Shown: in pieces, positions 24,200 through 37,124 of the stretch
Layout of the letters: each line of letters opens with the position of its first letter
Position numbering within the stretch: position 1 is the first letter of the stretch
Assembly (NCBI GenBank): GCA_964057225.1
Contig: OZ059895.1
Location: 7,502,001-7,566,000, forward strand
Reading direction: 5' to 3'
From: Auanema rhodensis
Taxonomy: Eukaryota; Animalia; Nematoda
DNA: 64,000 nt
Program-made: the position numbers and the translations under genes
Notes under the pieces: model-generated
The model's database searches: none
Told to the model about the DNA's origin: nothing
What the model saw: the letters and a program-made list of their open reading frames with translations, nothing else

Positions 24200-26380
24200 T
24201 TATCGTATGCATTCATTTCCTATTTCAAATCGGGCGTTTCTCCAATAATGAAAGTTGACTAAATCTCCGGATCCTGCTGAACTGAAGAAATCCGCTTGAG
24301 CGTTGACACATGTGATGTTTAGACGAGGAAACTAAGAAGGCGCATGTTTAGAAATAAAAATTATTCAAACTTGGCATCTATCAGGACCGGGACATTTCAT
24401 TTTTTCATGGTGTCCTGAGTAATGGTAACGATAGAAAATCCGGTTATAGCATTCTAGAATAATATCAAAATGAAACCATTTCGTAGGTAATGAATTCCAA
24501 ATATTTTTAATTTTTTTCAAAGATGACATCCTATAAAATGAATTCTAACTATTAATATTAATAAATATAATGAACTTTTCTAAACTTTCTTGCATATCAA
24601 TAATTCCTTTTCTAGATAATAATGTTTCCTTATGATTTCTTCCTGTAATATTATATACAGGAGTATGAATAGTACCATCAAATGGCTTGTTCTCCTTAAT
24701 TATAAGATTATATAATTATAATATACTTAACATACATAATGAATATGTTTCAAATGAGTAATAACATTAACACTCTGTGGTACTTCATATCTAAGATAAT
24801 AATATATTATTCTAAATTAATATATAGTTGTATTACTTGATTCGATCGTCAATAACACTGGGTGGCCAATGTATCCATGTACTATTTATATATTCTGGAC
24901 GAGTAACCATCTTTCCCGTTTCACTCTAAATTATTTTATATTTTAAAGTCAGTATAATGATGTCATACCACACCCGTAAAACTTATCGAAGAAAACATCT
25001 GACTAAGTGTGAAATTTTTGGATGATCGTTCTATAATTAGGATTATGACAGTTTGAGAATAATGAAGAAACATACGAATACGCACGTTGACATTCTGCTT
25101 ATCATAGAAAATGTAACCTATATTAGGAAATTGATAAAATAATTTATGAAATTCTTCAAAATAAGTTCCTCCAATTCTAGGAATAAGAACATCATCTAAA
25201 TCCATAAATGCAATAAAGTCAGTTGCTTCCTGAAAAAAAAAACTTTTTTTATTTTGAATTAAGAACTAAGCACTTTATATTGAAGTAGACAGTCTGTCTG
25301 TGCAGCAGCTTGGTTACGAAACTCTACATTAGCATTAGGGTTGAATAGATGATGTGATGGATCTTTCTGTTCTAAATGTATCCTTAACCAAGGTTGTAAC
25401 TTTAGATAGCCCTTTAAACAATTATTTTTATATTTGAATGAAATCTTATTGATTTTACCTTATCTTCATATTCTTTAGCTAAATCATACATTGCTTTTAC
25501 CATACTTCGAGCATATAAATGCATAAATGATCCATATCTATAATCAATTTATTATATTTTTCTTCTTCTTCTTCTTCTTAACCTTCGATATGTATGAACA
25601 GCAAATAAAAAAAATTGCCATTGTTCATTAGCGAATAAAGGAGCTATGCAAGTAACTACTTTATGTTTAGTATTTGATGGTTTTTGAAAAGGAATCTAAA
25701 ATTATATTAAAAATTTCAATATTGACATCGAATACAGAAGATAACTTACACTTTTTATTTTGTCACCTTGAATAACGGATAAATGTGTGAGTGATGGCAA
25801 AACTGGTGCAGTTACAAGAATAGAAATCCATAAACAAACTGAATGAGGAGTAATTCTAAAAAGATTTATCTTAACTAACAACAAGAAAATATTAAATTAC
25901 CTTTCTAATTTTACTGTACTAACTAAGCTATCAGTTTCATTCCATGAAACAATTGTAATTTTCTTATTTGTGTCAGCATAATCATATCCAGCTGTTAAGA
26001 CCATTGCTATACTATTATCACCTAAGCTAAAATAGGAAAAACTTTTTTAGAAACAGTAAAAGTTTTATACAAACCTCTTCGATTTAGGATAATAATATGA
26101 GGAAACAACAAAGACATCATATGGTGGAAGTCGATCTCGTTCTAAAAGTTTCCAAAATGGTTCAATATATTTGTGAAAAAGCCATGAATATAGAAATCTA
26201 TAAAATACAATAATAATAAAATATTTATGTAAAATAAAAAGATAAAACATACATTATTGGTGGTATAAATAATATTATAATTAGTAAAAATATTCTGGAT
26301 TTAAAGTTACGTCTAGCTATCCGAGTAAGTTTATCTATTTTTTTAGATGGTCTATTGTTGTTGATGAAGAAGAAATTCAT
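24200..26380 (-). CDS. Glycosyltransferase family 92 (DUF23) type II membrane protein
   Basis: N-terminal [52 protein letters not shown] (DxD), and a C-terminal CPGPDRC. Confidence 0.85.
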
Positions 26381-29300
26381 CTGTAGCTCACGCAATACAC
26401 CAAAAATGAGGTTTGTAATGATTCTTTGAATTAAAATAAAATCGAAAATACTATTTAGAAGGTATTAGCGAAACGAATAGTTGGTATATCTACATCTATT
26501 TATATATTTTATGTAATACTTTCAAGATGTATCACAAACGATAAGAAGAATAAAGACAAAGTTTGATTATATCGGCTTCATAATATGTCGAACATTTCCT
26601 TTTTCTTACTTCTTATAATATATTTCATAAGTTTTTTTTTCTTTTAGAGCATACGATTTTTCTTCATTTCTTTAAAGATTTGTTATTGAATTGATTGATT
26701 GATTTACTAAAACTATACAAAACCATTAGTTACTAATCTTATATGATTTGTTATTTTGATTTTCAAAAGAAAGCGTATCGTAAAGAAACAATGAGAGCTA
26801 AAAATAATCCAACGTATTACCAGTTTTACGGAAAGACATGCTTGGATGATGACCTTTACTTTAATTGTCATCAGCATAATGTATAAATATTTTGAACATC
26901 AAACATTTAATATTTTAAATATAAAATTTCAAATTATAAATATTTCTATATCAATATAAATAAAAAAATTTATTTTAAATATCCATATAGATTAGTTTTT
27001 AATATAAATATATTTAACATCTATCTATGTTGACTGGCTTAATACATCAATTTTTCAATTCAATTTAAAAATTTAGTTCTGCCATACTTATTATTCTTGT
27101 ATATGTATAGCATAAACATATAAACACATATCTTTCTCAGTTTTTTTAAATCCTATTCCTCATGGTAATCACTATTATATGAAGAATCTGTTATGCATGA
27201 ATGAAAAAAAAGATTGAGAGCGTCTACGACTCCCCAAGAAATTCAAAAGCATCAAAAGAAAACAATTCTGAAAACCCGTTTCAATTGCGCGTGAAAAAAA
27301 GCGAAAAAGCTGCCACAAACTTGTCACCAAAATGTCTTCATCTATTGTAACATAAGTGGTATAGTTCATTAGTTTTAGTTTTAAATGAAAATTTTAGATG
27401 GGTTATTATTTATTTTGTTTGCTTTCTAGTTTTTTTTTCTTCTCCACGTTTTACTTTATTCGAAAATATTTGTGGCAACACCCTCGGAAGTAATATGTAG
27501 CGCTGTCACTCATGATTTTGCCGAGGAGAATAGAGAATATGCGACTTCATCTACAGTATTACTTTACAAGCTAAGTGAGGGTTTGTTCTGATTCTTTTAC
27601 TTTTATTTTCAATGCTTTTGACAAGGAACCAGTCTCACGTAGTTCATCTGCATCCCTAGGGGGGAGGGATATCTTCATATTCGCTTTTCGACCTGCCTGG
27701 GCCTGTCGTGTATGTAGAAGAGACGGATACATGTGAAAGAAGAGCTATCGTCTCACCTAATTGCCCGTCAGCGACCATAAGATTAGTCAATCCGCTTTGT
27801 CTGGCTACTAAAATCTTCTGAGATCTAAATAAAACATTAGTTTACCTTACAAATTATAAAATAACAAAGCTAATTATAATATTTTTTTATTAAATTATAA
27901 AATTAAAATGAAAAGAGCACTATTAGAATGTGTTGACAAATAGATGTTGTTACTGTTTATTTATTTTTATTATTATTTCTAACACAAAAAATTGTTTGCT
28001 ATATACTATTTTTGTGTTTCCAGTTAGATGTGCTTGTTACGAACAAAAAACAATTGAACTAAAATACAATTTGAATCTTAACCTCAAGTTCAAATGTATT
28101 TCCTTCTCTTCTTCTTTTCATTTTTTTCTTTTTTTTATTTTTGGAATACTCCTTACATTAGCAATATCAATTCACCAAAGAAGTAATGGTCGAGATGTTT
28201 CTATTTTCCTTCCTCGTTTTCTATACATGTTGCACTGCTTTGTACTTCAATGAAAGATTTGTTAACCACAAAATTCAATTTCATATTTGTCATTATTTTG
28301 CTGGTTCTTCATGCAATAGCATGAGAAATTTGGCACGGATCTTTTTATTAGACAGTTGTGGTGGTAAACAGCCTCTTTTTTATTTCTAGATAAAATTAAA
28401 GATGATTGGGAAAAAAACCTGAAATTTTGTTGAACTCTATAACATCACTGGATGATTTAAAAGTTCTTAATATTTTTGTAGAATAATAAATAAATGTTAT
28501 ATTTGCACTGTTCTTGATGTAAATGGCAGTTTATGGTATATCTATTAGATAGGTATATATATACATATATGTATATCTTCATATTTCTCACCTTCTTTTA
28601 CACATTCTCTTCATCTATGTATCTCTTTCTATTTCTTTTGGTTATATTCAACTTTTTTTCTTCTTCCTTGTACATGCCCATCTTTTGGTTTAATCCCTTC
28701 CATAATTCCAGTTTCTCATTGCCATATGGTTATACATATTCATATCTCTTAACCCTACATGAAGTTTTATACTCTCTCTCTCCACCCCTAGACTGCCAAC
28801 CTTCATTATCACTGTTTGAATAATCCAATATTAAACATTAATTGACAGATATTTCATTATTAATATACTTTTATTATCATTAAAACTCTTTTTTTCCTAT
28901 TTTGTCTGAAATTAGGAAAATCTCAAATCCAATTCTTCCATTTACTTGTTGGTTGAAAATAATTATTGTCCATTATAAGTTATTATATAGAAATCCGGTT
29001 TACCTGGTGAAGATATATCTATATTAGCTAGGCTTCGTGTTTTCAGTTTAGTAAAATCAAAATTTAGTTTGATTTTAAGGAATTTTTCTCAAATCAATTT
29101 CGGGTTTTTTTCCAAAAAATTTTCCCATTGTCTTTATTATTATTTGTGTTTCTAGTTTATTTGTTTTAATTTTTATCATTAATACTCATTTTTAATTTGT
29201 ATTGTACACTCATACATGTATATGTATGTAATTTTAATTTCTAAAACTTTTATTTATATATAATTGAATTGAATTTATAAATATAGAATCTATCGTCATG

Positions 29301-30589
29301 CTGTGATGATGCTCTTTGAATTGTTGACTTTATAAGGCAATGATGCACTTTACCTGAAATACTAACCTAACTTTTGACTTTTTCTACTATTACCAGTTCT
29401 TTCTTTTTAAAGAATTTTCTGGTCAGCTCTTATTTTGAACTCAAAAACATAATGAGCTAGATCGTTTCTCGAACTTCCATGACGTGATTCAACCTCTGTT
29501 TAGGTACATTTACTGCGTTACTACATCATAACTATTGTTATAAATAGCAAGTAAACTGAGCAATGAGTTCCTGATCTCTAAATGATTCAAGTTTTTCATT
29601 CATTCTGGGGGAAATCTGAAAAATCTATTTTTCTCAGGAATAAGTCATTTATGTTTTGAGCTGTTTTTTTCATGATTTATATCTAATTTGATGGAACATT
29701 TTAATTAAACCTATAATATTACGATGTACTGTCTTTAAAAGAAATGATAACCATTGTCTGAATTTCAACTAATTGTTGTTCATTGTACGCTATTGTGGCA
29801 CGTGAACGTCAGGGTCATTTTGTTGACCTCCAAGCGTTCGTGGCTTTTCCCAGCAGGCCAGCAAAGTTTGGTACTTACTTATATAGAGTATCGAATTAAG
29901 TGAAAACATGTCTGAAGGAGAGCAATCAATTTTCAGTTTTTTTAAGTTCAGTGGTGTTGAAAACGTGGTGACAGTAGTAAAGATATATCTCTATTTTTCG
30001 ATAATACTTTGGTTTTTGCTTGTAATTTCCGGTATTAAAATGAATTTCATATCGTTATTCTTGAAATTCAGTTCATAACGGTGAAAGTTATAAAACGTCT
30101 TCTCAGGTTGAATTATTGGCTCATACAATTCTTTGTTTATAAATGAAAACAACTTATTCGAGAAATTCATATACCTGACGATGTGATACCAGTAGCAGCC
30201 TGTTTCTTTGTGGAACGTTCCACTACGGCCCAGCTACTGCCCAGAAGGTTTTAAGAGTATTGCCTTTCGATGAACGCCATTTCATACGTTTTCATTTGTT
30301 TCTTAGTCTTGCGAATCTTCATTTCAACTTTTTTTGTTTCATTTTTCGTGCATCGTCATCATCATCGTCTTCTTCTAATTCTTTACCGAATTGTGAGTGA
30401 AAAAGTGATGTTCGAACAGTATATGAACTTCAAAAGAACAAGAACAATTACAAGATGATTCAGTGCATTTTATTCGTTCTTTGTACTTATTTTTAGATTT
30501 TTAAAGCTTTCTTTCCATTTTTCTCTCAAATTCATTGTTAATAGTTTTTATAAGTTATTCTATACTTACTTATACTTTTAGAGAATAAA

Positions 30590-32654
30590 ATGAGACGTTT
30601 ATTACTATTCGCTTTATCCATAAATCTGGTATGGTGTCACTTTGAAACTGCTAATTGTGGAAAATCCAAGAAATGTATGTTTGTACCAGCCGGCTGTGAG
30701 GTAAATTAAAAATTAAAAATATTATATTCAAACGAATTTTTAGGAAAACGAATCATGTGTCATGATGTACAGTTATAAAGCTGTCGATGATGGAATAACA
30801 GAAATGGAATTGTTTAGGTATAGTTTTTTCTTTTAAAATATATATTGAAATCTTCAAAATTATTTCAAAAATATTTTTTTAGCGCGAATGATGAAGCTAC
30901 TAATAACTATGTTGCCGTTGGTTTCTCAAAGGATACTCAAATGGTAAGAGAATGTAGTTTTTCTCTTATTTAGAAATATTTCTTAAGGGTAATGATCATG
31001 TAACTCAGTGCGCATTTCCGGATACAGGAGCTCCTGAAGTTCATTTATCTTTCAATTTTGGCAAATCCAATAGTGCACCAACAGAAGCCGCTGATCTAGT
31101 ATGATCGATCAAGGATTAACCTCAATATTTGAAATTTATTTGCAGGATTTCGAAAAGAATAATCTTAAACTGATTCACGCTCACAAAGATGACAAAGGAT
31201 TATATTGTCATTTTAGCCAAAAAAGTAGTAAAGTATGAGCTATTTTATACTATCTTAAAGATCAAGAAATATATTTCAGCCCGCAAAGCAATATGCTCCA
31301 GATCTTGATGGTGATCATAATATCTTATTGGCTCGTGGAAAAGCCCGTCAACCTAGAGGTATTATATATTATATATCGACTGATTATTTATTATAAAATA
31401 ATTTTTCTTTTCTTAGATCTTGGAATTCATACTTTGGATCCAAATGCTCCTGATTTCCCTTTCATTTCTACAAGACAAGTAAATGTTGGTAAACTCGAGG
31501 CTGACTCTACCACAACATCTAATCCTGAGGAAACTCATCATGATCACTCGCCAAACGCTACAACTATCGTTCAAGCAAAACCAACAGAGAGCAGTGTACC
31601 TCAGGGATGGTTCAAGCCAACGACTAAGTTCTTCATGATCAAAATACATGGTATTTGCATACTTATTAAGAGAGAGAAAGTTAAATTTGTTATTTCTAAG
31701 GTGTATTAATGATTATTGCTTGGTTTTTCTTTGTCGCACTTGCTATATTGTCAGCTCGTTATCTTCGTGATCATTTCCCTTCTTCCAATCCCGGAGGCTT
31801 GAAATGGTGGTTCCATGTGAGTTTTTATTCTTTATATGTATGTTAATAATTTTCATTTAAAGATTCATCGTACTTTTAACATTGTTGGAGTTTTCTTGAT
31901 CTTAATTTCTGCTCTTCTGATCTTCTTAGCAAAAGAGTTTGAATGGACAGGACCAACTGCTGATGGTACCTCTCAACAAAATTCTAACCCTGGTAGTATT
32001 CACAGTTTGGTAAGAACTTTTAAATGTGCTTGTTTTGTTATAAACTAGTCATTCTAGCTAGGTACAATTGCTATTCTGATATCTATTGCTCAGCCATTGA
32101 TGTCATTGTTGCGTTGTGCCCCTGATACAGGAGCTCGACCAATCTTCAACTGGTCCCATCGAATTTTAGGAATAATTGGAATTCTTTGTGGAAGTAAAAT
32201 CTTTTGAATTTATTCAATAGAATAATATAATAATTTAGTCATCGCTATTACAATTGCTGGTAACTCTTTTGTTTCTTTATGGTCAGACAGTAACTGGAGT
32301 TTTTCACTTATTATTTTCTATATTGTTATTTTAATAGCAGGATTGATTGGATTTGAGGCATATTTACATTCATTAAAACAATATTAACTATGTTTTATTT
32401 AGATTTTCAATTTCTTAAAATCTAAGGAAAACAAAGCTTCCGATTTGGAAATGCATAAGCGAGGTGGACATCAGTATGACAGAGGGCATATGCGAGCTCA
32501 TTCCCTACCACCCAAAAAGGTAAAATTCAATTATTTTAATTTAATATAAAATTTAAAATTTCAGCCAATGTTTGGTATATTATCAATATATATTCTATTT
32601 GCTCTTTTCTCTTTATGTTTGTGTACAGCTTTATGTATAATGCTGTTAATTTAA
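30590..32654 (+). CDS. Ferric-chelate reductase-like protein (DOMON + cytochrome b561; SDR2/FRRS1 family)
   Basis: Signal peptide, CGKSKKC, YVAVGFSKDTQM|GNDHVTQC (DOMON), and the four heme-His motifs KIHG|VLM, WFH|IHR, IHSL and FNWSHR. Confidence 0.85.
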
Positions 32655-32819
32655 TTATTATTGTAAGTAACTTACATTTATACATATCGTGTCAATGGGA
32701 TATTAATTATGTGTATACCATGATAAATACTTAAATACTTTTTAAAAAATATTTCTTAAACTAAATAAAGATATAATTATATTGATTTTATAATAATAAT
32801 AAGAAGTAGAAGAAGAATA

Positions 32820-35662
32820 TTAGTGCATTACTTGAAGTAATAATGATTTAATCATTCTTGATTCATATGTTATTGAGTTTTTAATTGTGTCCACATTGCC
32901 TTCTAATAATGGTCCATCAACAATAGTTGGTATATGTCGACCATAAACTATAAAAAGTTTAAATCAAGAATATAATATACAGAATATATGCATATATTTC
33001 TGAAAATCCAACTGATATTTTGTATTGAACTTACTTTCGCACTGTTCTAAAAACTTGACACAATCATGAAGAACACTTTCCCGAATTACTATTAAATGTT
33101 TTGACATTGATTCTAAAAAACAACTTTGTTTAAAGCTTTCAAAAAATAATGTTCTACCTATTAAAGCTAGAAGACACCGTTTAGCGTAATACCAAGTATC
33201 AGTACCCAATCGACGTTCTTGAGGTTCCATTGCTTTAATAACTCGAGATATACCAAATTCATAGTTTCCCTAAAATAATAATATTAAATAATAGGTATTT
33301 CTTCTAAATATATATATATTCATACTTTGCTGCAATATAATGTTCCGATGACTAAATTAATTATACACACATGATAGATCTTTCGATATTCATCAACTTC
33401 ACGAGCATCATCTTCTTCTCGTTCCACTTTTCTCATTAATTCTTCAGCCTAAAGAAATTGTTTAGATCTTTTTGAATTCCAATTTTTGAAATTACTTCTT
33501 CATTCTGATTAGTCATAATATAGCATACGCATAAATTAGCTAAAATTATAGCGGAAATATTGAGGATCTGAAAAATACTCTCACATGTTAAATTATAAAT
33601 TTTCGTTTACGCTATCATAATTTTTGTTCACGATTGGCTCATAAAAGCCTGCTGCTTCTTTGAACTTTTGTTCTTGCATGAATAAGGTATGAGCAACATT
33701 TAAACGCCATGTATCGTGCTCACTGCAAAATTCCACTGATTTTCTGTAAACAAAAGTAGAATTCGGGTAGCTAATAAACATTTAAAATCAAAATAAAAGC
33801 AATAACTTTTAATATTTAATATAAAATAACAAAATACCTAAATATTTTTTCAACTTGAGCATAATTGCCTTTATCCCAGAACATTTTTGCTTGAGACATT
33901 AAAACAGGCAGATATCTGAAATGATGTTCACAACCATTTTCTTATTTTGTTTTCACTTACTGTTCCAATATTTCATCAAAATCTTTAACTGCTTGAACAA
34001 CATGATCATCATTCTTCCTTTTTAATTCCTGAAAAAAAGGAATTTGAAAAAAAGCTATCAGGATTAAATGAAACCTGGGCTCTCTTAGTGACTTTTCTTA
34101 ATTCGCCAATTAAATCGTTAGCCATATTATCAAACTTAGAATATGCTTCTTCTGGAGATGTTTGTTGGCTAATAAGAGCATCAAGATAGTCAAATTGATA
34201 CTAAATTCAAGTTTATCTCTGTAGAAGAGAAATAATCAAAACCTGTGAAAGGAATTTATATGTTAGATGAGCATTTTCTGCTAAAACATCAGCAGCCAAA
34301 TCATAATACTGAAAAGAGCTGTAAGGAAAGCACTTCAATTTTTAAACTTAATACCTCATATTTACAATATAAGAGCAATAAATTCACAAACGTTTCGGGT
34401 GGAAATGGATTTTGTGTTAATAAATATTGTAATTTGGCAAATCCATCAGTTGGATTAGAATCAATACCTAATAATCAAAAAATAAATTTTAAATTGATGT
34501 TTACGATACCAATTAAAGCTTGATTATGAAGAGTTACTGCATCAAGCTCTTCTTCAGTTCTGGGTGGCATGTCTGTTAATGCTTCAGCTGCTGTTAGAGC
34601 TATAATGAGTTGGAGATATTGAAAAAGCACAGGTTGATGTAAGAAATATATACCGTTTTTCATTTTATATTCGATAGCGAACTTCAAATTAAATGCTTCT
34701 ATCAATGAAGTTTCATGTAAAAGTAATGTATTACCAACAGATCTCATTTCAACCCCTTCTGAAGCAAACCCAACACCAAGTTCTAAGAACGAAAATTACT
34801 ATTGTTTTGTATATTACGTGAAATAGAAACCTGGATGATCTTTAACTCCTCTGTCTATAATATCAGTGATGTACTTTAAGCTTTGTGTATAATTTTTCTT
34901 TCGATAGTGACATAGGGCAATTGCATACGCTAACTCTGGCTGAAATAAGATTTATTCATTTAAAGTTTGTAATCTGCATGCATGTGTTACCTGATATCCA
35001 AAGGAGTTTGTAGCTCTATTGAACTTTTCCAATGCATTATCATAATTTTTTTGCTGAATAGACAAACATTTAAGAATTATATTTAAAGTTATTTAGTTAT
35101 TTATTTAGATTACTTACCTTATAATCTATGCAACCTAAGTTCACTTCTATGTCAGGATCGTCAGGATCGTATTGTTCAACCAGAATACGAGAATTGTTCA
35201 TATCTTCTTCACGATACTTGATTGCTGCTTCAAGCTTTATAACCTGATTCAACAGGTGTGGCTCTTCAATCTGAATAAAGCTCATTATGGTGAACAATTT
35301 AAGAATCAGTTACAACCGTTGAAACTGCTGCTAAAGCTTCAGGTATCATAAATGCCTGATAAAGAGATTGTGCATAGTATATCTTGTATTCCGGAGAATT
35401 AGGAAAATGTTGAAACAAATATTCATAGCAATCAGCAGCATTTACAAAATCTTGAGTATAATAATAGCAGTAACCGAGTAGTGATAAAGCTGCTCGATTT
35501 TGTGGTGATCGTTGTAATTCAAATTGAAGAACTCGAATTGCTTCGAAATACTTTTCATTTTTTATCTGAGAAAATCATAATAAAACCTCAATTTGGCGAA
35601 AACCTTACCATTCCATAAATAGTGCTGGTGAAATCACCATCCTTAATTGGAACAAACGACAT
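32820..35662 (-). CDS. dyf-1: IFT70/TTC30 intraflagellar transport TPR protein
   Basis: MSFVPIKDGDFTSTIYGM...RAALSLLGYCYYYTQDF...ETSLIEAFNLKFAIEY...DMPPRTEEELDAVTLHNQAL...LGTDTWYYAKRC. Confidence 0.93.
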
Positions 35663-35716
35663 ATTATGGCAAGTAGTGCGGACTATTGGATACTTTCTAA
35701 GCACGCTTGTGAAACC

Positions 35717-35730
35717 GTTTCCTAGGCAAC
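35717..35730 (-). promoter_or_regulatory. X-box (RFX/DAF-19 site) upstream of dyf-1
   Basis: GTTGCCTAGGAAAC on the minus strand, ~55-68 bp upstream of the ATG of a ciliary gene. Confidence 0.85.
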
Positions 35731-36236
35731 AGTTCCAACAACCCCGGGAAGAAACTCTAATATGAATCATTTTGAAGCAATATTTAAAATTAAAAATAAG
35801 TTTTATACTGAATTTATGAATCGATAAGTTTATTTGTGCCCTTTTTTATTTAAGTAATTCAGTTATGGATAGTTCCATCTATATATTCATGATCACTTCC
35901 ACAGGAAACATTCACAAATGTTTGTATTCTCAATGACAAAAGGTCCCGCAGCGATCTGTCAGAGAGAATTGGTTGAAAACATTTGATTATTATTGTTCTT
36001 AGTATTGGTCTAGATCTTCTTAATAAAAATTTATTTGAAATACATGACAAAATGAAAACTACTGTGTTAAAATTTTTGTATGCTCCACTATATCCTTCTG
36101 GGAAATATCTTTTACATTCATGCCTCAGGACGAGCAATGTCTCTACCCTGATTAAAGCATGGTTTGTATCAATTAACAGTTTAAACATGAGTCTTTTTTC
36201 AGTGGGAAGAAACCTTTTCACGCCTCTGTTAGAACA

Positions 36237-36749
<513 letters not shown>

Positions 36750-37124
36750 TTTTGCTTTAGAATTCACAATGATGTTTTCATAAATAAATATTTTATTTTC
36801 CGTTTCAATTTCTTTAATATATATTTAAACACTGTTTCATACGATAACTTATCTAAATAGTTTTGGTGATGGTATAATAATGTACTGAGGTCTAACATTT
36901 TTATTAAATGGTCCTGGCGCGATCGCCACTTTTTGCGACTCTCATTCAAAACGAAATATTCGGTTTGAAAATGATTTTTTAATTTTTTTTGTTATAAATG
37001 TAATATTTCTCTACAATGAATTAATCATATTTACAGAAAAGCTTTCACTGTCTCTATTAACAATTTCCCGTTTTACTGTTGCTTGTTAAATGTTCTAGAA
37101 GCGGGAAATTAAGAAGACGTAAAT

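Noticed and set aside
36750-37124. hint-1/SF3B3 operon
   Set aside because: Same strand and only 375 bp apart, but the gap contains promoter-like CG motifs. It cannot be supported without SL2 data.
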